A stretch of 64,000 nt of DNA, from positions 1-64,000 of the IMG/VR virus record IMGVR_UViG_3300032300_000824. The stretch is one strand, 5' to 3'. Within the stretch, counting starts at the first letter, position 1. Each line of letters begins with the position of its first letter. Under the pieces are notes generated by a model. The model did not search any database, was not told where the DNA came from, and saw only the letters and a list, made by a program, of their open reading frames with translations. Position numbers and translations under genes: made by a program. Shown in pieces: positions 1 to 10,200 of this stretch. Origin of the DNA: a virus. Lineage: Duplodnaviria; Caudoviricetes.

Positions 1-2679
1 AATACTGTTACCCCAGGATTAACAGCAACAGCAACGGAAACCCCGACACCAACCCCAAGTCAAACTCCGACCAATAGTAAAACACCAACCAGCTCAGTTA
101 CTCCAAGTAATACTCCCACAAATTCTGAAACTCCAACAACCACACCAACACAAACGCCAACAAATAGTGAAACTCCAACTAATACTCCTACAAACACAAA
201 GACTCCAACATACACACCAACCCAAACAATTACTCCATCAAATACCAGAACACCCACTCCTAGTCCACGAGTAATAGAGAAACTGATTCTTAGTCAAATA
301 ACACGATCTGCAGTATTAGGAGTATCAAACTCACAGTCATTTGCTCAGAGTTTTGTGGCCCCACAATCCGGAAGACTATCAAAAATAGAAGTAGAGTTTG
401 TAGGATTATATACTGGACAAGGAATACTAGAAGTATATGAAGGGTCAATTGACTCTATTCTTACAAAAGACCCGTTGTATAGTGCTACAGTATCCGTTAA
501 TGCTAATAATAATTTTAACCTGACAGCTTGGATTATTCCTTCAGGCATAGATATTTTCTTAGCACAGGGTGTTAGTTACACATTTAAGTTTATTCCTATA
601 TCTGATATGCCAGAAATTTATGGATTAGTAATATCTACTAAAGATAAGTATAATGGTGGACTATTCTGCTCATTTGACGAGACAAACACTATTGCAATAT
701 CAAAATTAAATAGTGGAGCGAATGTGTCAGTGGATATTAGTCCAACAACAGACTTTGCTTATATTACAAATCTACTATATGACAATATCTCTTCTACTAG
801 CTACTCTATTGTTAAATCTATATCTACTGAAGACACTATGAAATATATTGGATTAGAAACTAATGGACTAGAAGAAAAAAGAGCTATTAGCTCCTATAAT
901 ATTTATACAACAGACAATATCATCAAAACACCCATAGCTATAACAATTACTGTCAACGAAACCATTACAGAAGAAGATTTTAATAAACTAAGAATTGGAT
1001 ATGTTAATGATTTTGGTTTACTATATGATATTACTGTTTCCAGAAACTATACTGATAAAAATATAGTCGGAAATATGCCAGAAACTGGCAGGGTAGTTAT
1101 ATTACCAATTTCTGATGATGTAACCCCAACGCCTACAGTCAGTGCGTCATCAACTCCAACAACTACACCAACAGCTACACCAAGCGAGACTCCTACTCAA
1201 ACACCGACCCAAACTCGAACACCAACTATCAGTAATAGCGCAACTCCAACTCGAACACCAACCATTAGTAATAGCGGTACTTCAACTCCAACTATCAGTA
1301 AGAGTGCTACTCCCACTCCAACGATTAGTAAGAGTGCTACTCCTACCCCAACCATTAGCAATAGTGCTACTCCAACAATTAGTAATAGTGCTACTCCCAC
1401 CCCAACCATTAGCAATAGTGCTACTCCAACAGTTAGCAATAGTGCTACTCCCACCCTAACTGTTAGCCATAGTGCTACTCCAACAATTAGTAACAGTGCT
1501 ACTTCCACTCCAACAATTAGTAACAGTGCTACTCCAACTCCTACTATTAGCAACAGTGCGACTCCCACTTCAACAACAGGATTTGTTGATTTCAAAAAAA
1601 TAACATTTGCAGCATATGGTTTCAAGCACGGATATGAAATAACTCAATCAACAGGTCTTGGCTGGGGAATTTTGAATTGTGGAACAACAGGAGAGAGAAG
1701 TTATTATGGAACTTATGATCAAGACGGTAATCTTTATGAATATGTCGAAGACGTTGCAAATTTAGCTAATATTGCAGATTTTTCTAATTTTGGCAGAGGT
1801 CGAGTGTCGTTGGGAGGGAGCATTATGGATTTTCCTTTTTATAAAGTTCCTACTAGATATTTTAATCAAAACGTTAAGGAGTCTAGAGTATTAAATCCTT
1901 CTCATTCACTATCATTATATGGTGAATTTTCTCGTCATGATACTACATTACAGACTTTCAGAGTTATAAGAACATCATCTCCTCCAAGCAATGAGATCTC
2001 TTTATGGTCTTATGTTGGAGATATAAACAATCCTAATGATACAGCAGACCGCTATTTCTTTACTAACAATAATATTCTTAGTCCTATTTTAGGTAAAGTG
2101 AGTTATAATTATTGGATTAAGAACATACCAATAACTCAGGGTGAATTTGTTAATTATTTAAATATTGTAGATAGTACAGGATCTAACCTTTTAAATATGA
2201 AATACCACATAGTGGGTCAAAAAGCTAATATCAATACAGGTGTCCCTTATGACGAATGGCTTTATGGAAATTATATACAGTGCGACACAAGCAGATCAGT
2301 AGGATTAAAATATTATATAGCTAGAGAGAAAAGCAATAATAAGCCCGTTTGTGGACTAAATTGGATACATGCTGCAAGATACTGTAATTGGGTAACAAAC
2401 GGATCTAATTCTTCATCCAGCACTGAAAATGGAGCCTATTTAATACAAAATGAGTCTAGTACTGATAGTATAACCAGATCGAATGCAACAACTTGTGCAA
2501 TTCCAAACATTAATGAGTGGTATAAAGCGGCATATTATAATCCTATACATAACAGATATTTTAAATTTGCTACGCAAAGCGATAGACTACCACAACCCTG
2601 TGGTGTTGATCTCTTGACAGAGAATGGAATTCCGTCAGTCACAACTAAACATCTATACGTTCACTTTCCTGGAGTTTAG
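1..2679 (+). CDS. Large virion/adhesin-like protein, 5'-truncated by the window edge: T/P linkers, beta-sandwich domains, ISNSATP repeat linker, C-terminal circularly permuted FGE-sulfatase-like (C-type-lectin fold) domain
   Basis: Frame 1 is open from base 1 (NTVTPGLTATATETPTPT...), in frame with track ORF 355..2679. FGE-like motifs: SYYGTYDQDGNLYEY, FRVI, VGDINNPND, PV..LNWIHAARYCNW, TENGAY, PNINEWYKAAYY. Confidence 0.8.
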   Translation, partial: NTVTPGLTATATETPTPTPSQTPTNSKTPTSSVTPSNTPTNSETPTTTPTQTPTNSETPTNTPTNTKTPTYTPTQTITPSNTRTPTPSPRVIEKLILSQITRSAVLGVSNSQSFAQSFVAPQSGRLSKIEVEFVGLYTGQGILEVYEGSIDSILTKDPLYSATVSVNANNNFNLTAWIIPSGIDIFLAQGVSYTFKFIPISDMPEIYGLVISTKDKYNGGLFCSFDETNTIAISKLNSGANVSVDISPTTDFAYITNLLYDNISSTSYSIVKSISTEDTMKYIGLETNGLEEKRAISSYNIYTTDNIIKTPIAITITVNETITEEDFNKLRIGYVNDFGLLYDITVSRNYTDKNIVGNMPETGRVVILPISDDVTPTPTVSASSTPTTTPTATPSETPTQTPTQTRTPTISNSATPTRTPTISNSGTSTPTISKSATPTPTISKSATPTPTISNSATPTISNSATPTPTISNSATPTVSNSATPTLTVSHSATPTISNSATSTPTISNSATPTPTISNSATPTSTTGFVDFKKITFAAYGFKHGYEITQSTGLGWGILNCGTTGERSYYGTYDQDGNLYEYVEDVANLANIADFSNFGRGRVSLGGSIMDFPFYKVPTRYFNQNVKESRVLNPSHSLSLYGEFSRHDTTLQTFRVIRTSSPPSNEISLWSYVGDINNPNDTADRYFFTNNNILSPILGKVSYNYWIKNIPITQGEFVNYLNIVDSTGSNLLNMKYHIVGQKANINTGVPYDEWLYGNYIQCDTSRSVGLKYYIAREKSNNKPVCGLNWIHAARYCNWVTNGSNSSSSTENGAYLIQNESSTDSITRSNATTCAIPNINEWYKAAYYNPIHNRYFKFATQSDRLPQPCGVDLLTENGIPSVTTKHLYVHFPGV
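1213..1569 (+). repeat. Coding minisatellite of 24/30-nt units encoding (TP)TISNSATP
   Basis: About a dozen near-identical units such as 'ccaacaattagtaacagtgctact', with or without an extra ACT CCA codon pair. Confidence 0.85.
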
Positions 2680-2683
2680 AATA

Positions 2684-4036
2684 ATGAACCAAGAGTTACA
2701 CAACATTATTTATAATCAATATAGAGAAAACAAGAACATACATGCTATAGGATATGGAGAAAAAATAACCAACGGTATGCCAACTTCAAATTTAGGTTTA
2801 ATATTTCATGTTTTTAAAAAGAAACCTATATCAGAATTACAAAGAGATGAAATCATTCCAGCAAATGTTGAGATAGACAATAAAAATTATATAACAGACA
2901 TTATAGAAGAATCGGAATTACCAGTATTAATAGGATGTAATGACTGGAGTCCTGGTCAAAAGATTGTAGATGGATGTCCCGTTGGAAGCAACTGCTACAA
3001 GAACGGTATCCTGGCTTCTGCTGAACAGAATAGCCACAGATCTACATCGAGACCAATACTAGGAGGAATATCAATCACAGAATATAGTAAAAACTCTGGT
3101 TCTCTAGGAACAATGGGCTTATTAGTTAGAGACAATGAAGATAATTCTATTGTAGCATTAACAAATGCCCATGTTGTAACACGTTGTCCAACAGACCCTT
3201 TACAACAACCTAAATTTTACACTGAAAATCACAGAGACTGTCCTGTCGTTCAACCAGCACATTATGAAACATGGGATGGAACTCCTGGTTCTTTACCTTC
3301 ATCGCCACTATCTCAAAAAATAGGACAAGTTAAGAGATCTTCTTTTTTTAATTCTGGACAATTTTATTTTTCTGGTGGCTCTTTTGTGTTTATAGATGCT
3401 GCTTTAGTACACATTGATTCTGGAGTTATAGATTCTTCATCGGCTAATATTAAAGGCTTTGAGGCTTTTGGTCCTATGAACTTTGCTAGTACTGCAGAAA
3501 TAGACGGATTATTTAGTAATAATAATTCTTTATATATAAGCGGAAGAACTACAGGAGCTAAGGGTGGAATAAATTGCAGAATTTCTGTTAAAGAAGAAAT
3601 GTTTGTAATGTCAATTTTCCAAAATGCATGTGCATTAACTGCTGGTTTTTCTTTTACGAGTATGCATTTTTATAACATTTTGAGAATTACATATGATTCA
3701 GGTAATTACGGGGTAGTTGTTCCTGGTGATTCAGGTTCTGTGGTTGTTGCAGATTTTTCTGGAACTAAAAAAGTAGTTGGTTTAATATTTGCTGCGGGTG
3801 GGGTTGATTACATTAATGGATTTTTTTGTAGAATAGACAGGGTTGCGACTGAAATGAACATATCTGCTTGGGACGGAACAAACATAATAAATTCAAATCC
3901 TAGTAATTGGCAATATATTTCAAAAGATATGATTTTGCCAGACCCAGAAGAGTATACTAGTCAAGACTATCTTCCTCCTAATGTTATTATAGAAAGTGGA
4001 AAAAAATATTGGAGAATAGGGTCTGTTCCGGTATAG
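2684..4036 (+). CDS. Trypsin-like (clan PA/S1) serine protease with N-terminal prodomain-like region
   Basis: Catalytic triad motifs LTNAHV, IDAAL, PGDSGS; RPILGGISI...GTMG start of the protease domain. Start moved from track 2624 to ATG 2684 (GGAG at 2671-2674). Confidence 0.85.
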   Translation: MNQELHNIIYNQYRENKNIHAIGYGEKITNGMPTSNLGLIFHVFKKKPISELQRDEIIPANVEIDNKNYITDIIEESELPVLIGCNDWSPGQKIVDGCPVGSNCYKNGILASAEQNSHRSTSRPILGGISITEYSKNSGSLGTMGLLVRDNEDNSIVALTNAHVVTRCPTDPLQQPKFYTENHRDCPVVQPAHYETWDGTPGSLPSSPLSQKIGQVKRSSFFNSGQFYFSGGSFVFIDAALVHIDSGVIDSSSANIKGFEAFGPMNFASTAEIDGLFSNNNSLYISGRTTGAKGGINCRISVKEEMFVMSIFQNACALTAGFSFTSMHFYNILRITYDSGNYGVVVPGDSGSVVVADFSGTKKVVGLIFAAGGVDYINGFFCRIDRVATEMNISAWDGTNIINSNPSNWQYISKDMILPDPEEYTSQDYLPPNVIIESGKKYWRIGSVPV

Positions 4037-4100
4037 AACCATGAATAATCAGAACTTCACAAATTACTACTCTAACAAAACTTTAATTTAAGGATATAAT

Positions 4101-4208
4101 ATGGCCTATAATAATACTTCCTCAAGTGATTCTCAGTGTATATCTAATGATAGAGATCTTGTTTTTAAGATATACATTACCGTTGTGGATACCGGATCAG
4201 CAGTTTAA
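4101..4208 (+). CDS. Small 35-aa hypothetical protein (MAYNNTSSSDSQCISNDRDLVFKIYITVVDTGSAV), absent from ORF track
   Basis: AAGGA at 4090-4094, 6 nt before the ATG; its TAA overlaps the AAGGA RBS of the next gene; fills the gap between two genes. Confidence 0.55.
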   Translation: MAYNNTSSSDSQCISNDRDLVFKIYITVVDTGSAV

Positions 4209-4218
4209 GGAATTCTAA

Positions 4219-7200
4219 ATGGCCATTATTTTTAAATCTAATTTTGATTATCCTATTACTAATACTGGTATTTTTAGTCCTAATGGATTAACTTTTCTAG
4301 ATAATACTATCACTAGTGTTGGAAATACTTATGGAAGACTTGAAGAAACTATAGATTCAACATCATCTTTTCCCGGTAAGTATTTTTCATCTTCAAATAC
4401 AACATCAGGAATCCCTGATTTCGCTAATGGACATTATCAAGGAACTGGATATCAATTTGGTCCATCAAGACTACTAAAATTTAACTGTGGAGCGTCTAAT
4501 TTTACCTCTAAAAACTATTCAATAGTTATTGATTTTTCTTTAGATAATGTTGGAGGAGATTGTAGAATACTTGATTTTAGGAATAATTTTATAGCTTCAG
4601 CATCAGATGAGAACCATCAAACAGTAACTTTAAGAACCATAGACCCATTTGATTTCAGAACACAGCCTGTTACTTCATCGCTAATAGTAAATGGATCTTC
4701 AGTTTTGGCTAATATTTATATGGAAACTAATCGACTCTATAGATTAGTTTTTACGAAAGAGTCTAGTACCTCTAATAGGATAACTTTATTTTCTTTAAGT
4801 CAGGGAACTACATATTTTATATCCAGCAACACGTCCTTTAGCAGTGTTTCAACACCATATTCAACAACACTAGCTACTGGAAATTCTTTTATACTTTTCC
4901 CTGGAACAGTTAATTATTCTTCAAGTCCTAAGATAACATTTCTTACTGGAAAAATATATAATTTAGAAATTTATGATAATGCTATTGTCCCAAGTATTAA
5001 TCCTGATTCTAATTTTAAGTATAGTGCATATCCAAATGTAAGCATATTACCATCGTACATACCTCCATATATCGAAAATACTCCATCCACAGTAGGAGAT
5101 GGATTTCCTAATTCTTATGGAATAACAGATGCTGGAGATGAAATTATTACAGGAAATAATCCTACAGATTTTCGTTATGCTGATATTAATTATTCTTTAA
5201 ATCCAACAACAGGATATGACGGAAAAAAGGTTTCTAATCTTGGTTTAACAACACAAAAATCATTTAGGATAGCTACTAGAGCATCAACCATATCTGGAAC
5301 AATATTACAGTCCTACAACATTCCAAACGAAACGATAGTACCATCTTCGATTAATGTTGATGGAATAGGACCAACGACTGGAATCACGTATAACTTTCGA
5401 GTTAGTCAAAAGGTAATAGTTCAAGAGTTTCTTAGTTTTCTAAATAGTGTTGCATATACTATTGATGGAGACACTTATAATATATACTCTGGACTTGAAA
5501 CCCAAATAAGTAGAGAAATTGTTAGTGGAAGATATCAGTATGGTTTAAGCAGCAGTAACAAGTGGTCATATCCGGTATATGTTACATATTTACAAGCTAT
5601 AAGATATCTTAATTGGCTAAAAAATGACCGCCCTGTTGGACAACAAAACGCTTTTACAACAGAAAATGGTTTATATTTAATATCTGGTACTACTGTAACT
5701 CCCAACGCTACGGTAGGAACCAATGATCTTAAATTACCAACTTATCATGAATACTTTAAATATGCTCATTTTGGAAGAAGATCACCCTCGGACTACTACA
5801 ACCTACCTAATGGTCAAAATTCTCCACCAATTATTTTAAGAAATACGACTAAAAGTAGATATTACATCTCTAACATAAAAAATAACTATACAGGTATATT
5901 AAATAATTTTCCTGCTGCTGTTGCTAGTTTTACTGGAACACATCAGATAAGAGGTGTGACATTAAAGGGGTCTGCCACCAACAACCTATCGGATACTGCT
6001 TCAAATATAGGAGATGGAGTCAATACTCTTAATATCAAACACATAGATACCTACTTACCACAAACAAAAACAGGTAATTATGGAATTCAATTAAATATTA
6101 CAAATCTTAGACTTAATTCAACAGTTATTGCTGTTATCGAGCTAGGTTCATCAACAGGATATAATGATGATTTAGAAAAAGCTTATATTTTAGTAAAAAA
6201 TAATACCGGATCAACATTATTCGCTGGAACAAAAAGTATTATCGGAAGAAAGATAAATTTTGCATCTGGTGAGCTGATAGCACCTTCTGGAACAACTTCA
6301 TTATCAATACTTATAGACTATACTAATAACGTTCCTCCTCCTCCTAGTGCTACTCCTACAAATACTCCTAGCAATACTGCTACTCCTCCTGTCACACCCA
6401 CTAGAACAGCAAGTCCAACACCGTCTGTTCCTTTGTGTGGAAATAATATTTTAGTTGATTCAACATTTACTACTGGGTCTACGGCTTGGACATATAATAA
6501 TGTAGACAGATATACATTTGCACAATATACTCCTGAAATACCTAATGCTTCAACAGAAGTTGTGGTGGACCTTAATGCTACAAGTCCAGGTTTTATCTCT
6601 CAATCTTTTAATACTGTTGTTGGTCAAACGTATACTGTAAAATTTAATTTATCAGGGAATCTGTTTCGTGTTATTGGTGGTAGTCCTAGATACAGGACAA
6701 TGAATGTTGCTATTACCAATTTGACTAATAATAGTATAGTGTCTTCTCAAGATTATACTTTTGACACCAACGGATTAGTCTATGATGGAACTATGGCAGC
6801 CCAAGGATGGCAAGAAAAATCTTTTACTTTTGTTAGTCCAGCAACAGCCCTTTCTATAAAACTATCCTCCACTTGCCCAACTTGTGAAAGTGCTGGGCCG
6901 ATAGTGGACAATGTTACTATTTGTGGACAATCACCAATAACACCAACGCCCACCCAAACACCCTCAGTAACTCCTAGTAGACTACTTAATACTTCAATAG
7001 TTGTTGATGCTAAGAGTAACATTAGACTTAATCCAACAACCGGGTTAAATGCAGTCAATACTGGTATTTATATAGATTCATCCCTTAATAGGTCTCTTAC
7101 TATAACAGCTACTGGAAGTATTGGTATCGGAGTTGGTGTGGGTAATGGCCCGGCCGGACTATCTCAGTGGCCAACAACACTCACTAATCCAGACGGATCA

Positions 7201-10200
7201 ACAGTGACCTTTAATGGAGGATCTTTAGTTGGTAAAATTGGAGCCAATGGAAATGTTTTCTCTATAGGGGCTAGTACCACCATAACCCCAAATGTTTCTG
7301 GTATCTTATATCTAGGTATTGTTGATGGTGATGGTGCTTATAATGATAACTCTGGATCTTTTAATGTTGTTGTAAATTATGTTTCAACAAACTCTTGTAC
7401 TGCTGGAGAGGGCTGGGTTAATAAATTAACTCCTGTCGATGTTGCCAAATCTTATATTAGTGGAGATGGTAATGTATTATTTTTTATTGGTTCAGCAGAA
7501 AATAATGGACTATACAAGTCTTATGATGCTGGAAATAATTGGATCGATATTTTTTCAGCGAGTAATGCTCAAATTAACTCTACAAAATATCCAGATATTA
7601 AGTTTTTTGCAACTTCTAAGGATGGAAATAATTTAGTTGTTGGCAGGGCTTTAGTAACAGACATCTTTGGGACTTCGCCAGGCTACGGATCTATTCATAC
7701 ATCTTCTGATGGTGGGACTAATTGGACACTAAGAAGTAGTGCTGGAACTAGAAATTGGTCAAGTGTTGCTATTTCCGATAATGGACTAATCATTTATGCT
7801 TCAGAGACTTCTGGTAATGGTATTTATAAATCAGTTGATGGAGGAAATTCTTGGGTTAAAACCGTAGCTCCTAATGTTTCTTGGTCAAAAATTGTGTGTT
7901 CTTCATCCGGAGAAAATATTTTAGCATTTGCTGCGAATAGTGCACAGTATACTAGTCTTTCAAAAGATGGTGGTTTAACTTGGACAGTATCTTCTATAAC
8001 GAAAGATTTATCATCAACATTTTTTAATAGTGGAGTCAGCACAGGACCTTTAGCAATAAAAGACATAGAAATGTCTAGAGATGGTAAGATACTATTTGTA
8101 TCTGCTCTTAGTTCTTTTGCTAATGGAACTTTGATTTTGATATCAGCAGACTTTGGAGCTTCTTGGAAAGCACACAAAATACTTCCTAGACTTGGTCTTT
8201 CTTTAAAAAGCTCTTATGACGGAAACAAAGTATTTGCAGGATTCGAAGGATTTATTTATACATCTTCTGATTCTGGGATTACGTGGAATGAAAGATCATC
8301 AGTTGGAGTTGGAACATGGTCTGGTTTAGACTGTTCTAATAATGGACAAAAAGCCATAGCAGGTAAGGCAAATTCAATTTTATTTTCCGATTGTTCTATT
8401 CCATTAATCACACCAACACCAACAAATACTGTATCTCCTACAGTATCTAAATCACAAACTCCCACCCCTACCAGAACTCCTAATTTGGTTCTACAAAACA
8501 GAGATATTCTAGTTGGAGATGGTCCTGTGGGTATCGCCATAGATAATAACACTAATAAATTATATGTTCTTAATCAAAATAGTAATAATATCACAGTACT
8601 AGATAGTTTAATATATTCAACAATAACTACTATTCCTGTGGGAACTAATCCTTCCGGAATAACTTTCAACAAGCTGACTAATAAAATTTATGTAAGCAAC
8701 ACTGGTAATAATTCAGTAAGCATAATTGATACCACTTCAAATACTGTGATAAAAACCATAGTATTACCAGCAAATAGTGGACCAACAGATATTCTAGTAA
8801 ATCCTATTAGTAATAGAATATATGTAGCTAACTATACTGGCAATTCCATATCTATAATAGACGGGTCCACAGATACTATTGTCTCCACACTTGGGGTTCC
8901 TGTGTCGTCTAGAAATAGACAGTCAAAACCACAAAAGCTATTAATAGACTCAGACCAAATAATTTATGCTTTTGAAAAAGAACAAAGTTCTATAATTACG
9001 TGTGACGATACGTCATTACCAACAGAACTAATGTCAACAACAATTTCTCACAAATTACAAAGTGGACAGATATTTGATCTATATGTATATAAAAATATTT
9101 TGTATACAATATTATATAGTTTTGACTCTCCATACAAACCTGTTTTTGCAGATATTGATAAAAGATCTCTAAATCAACCAACATATAATATAACCGGTGG
9201 TGCCTCCACAACATATATAATTTATACTACTGTTAACATGGGGAGAACTAGTGTTGGGGTTGGCACTACTACTAATATCGGAAGCAATAATACAATTAAT
9301 ATTGTAATTTATCAAGATAACTTATATTCTTATGCAGTAACCGATACTGGACATTTATTTTATACAACAACAATAGACACAAATACTTCTAGAGAAGCTG
9401 TCAATATTAAGAACTTTGGAACCGGTATCAAATCTATAAAATTAAATGAAGAAGTAATATCTGATAGAAGACTCTTTTTACTTAATTATAACGATGATAA
9501 ATTACATATATATGATACTATTTCAGTTAACACGACCCCAACACCAACCCCCACAATAACATCAACTCCAACTAGAACACCAACCCCAACACCAACACAG
9601 TGCGTATATCCTAATAGTATACAGAATCCTGACTTTAAAAATGTAACAAATGAGAAATTTGACAATTGGGATTTTAGCACAACTGGTTCGTCAATCTTCC
9701 CATTATTTGATGATGTTCCAAAATTATTTTCTAGTACTTCTAAGTCAGTAGCACAATTAGATTCTTCTGGTTCAATATCTCAAGCATTTAATACTATTAC
9801 TGGACAAGTATATCAAATAAGTTTTAAATATAGTGCTAATGGTTCTCCAGCACCAGCAAAGCAAAGTTTCTTTGTGGGATTTGGTGGAAACATATCCACT
9901 ACTGATTACACTATAACACCAACTCAAGGCTTGACCTTAAGCTCTTTTGATTTTAGCTCTCCTCTTGGAGACATATTCTCATATGATAATGATCCAAATA
10001 TTAATAATGTTTCACTCTTATTAAGAGGTAATGGAACATCCGTAGTTGATACTAGTAATTATAAGAATGTTATAACTAATTCATCCAATGTTCAATTAAA
10101 CACTAGTCAACGTATTACCGGAACACAGTCTCTATACTTCGACGGAAGCACTGATCAATATTTAAGCGTTCCATATGGTGAACAGTTTAATTTTGGTTCT

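Noticed and set aside
1213-1569. Regular repeats resembling a CRISPR array
   Set aside because: No unique spacers; units are in-frame coding repeats. The Cas4-like gene has no cas neighbours.
1660-5830. Diversity-generating retroelement targeting the FGE-like domains
   Set aside because: No reverse transcriptase and no near-identical template/variable repeat pair differing at adenines in this window; cannot be excluded elsewhere in the genome.
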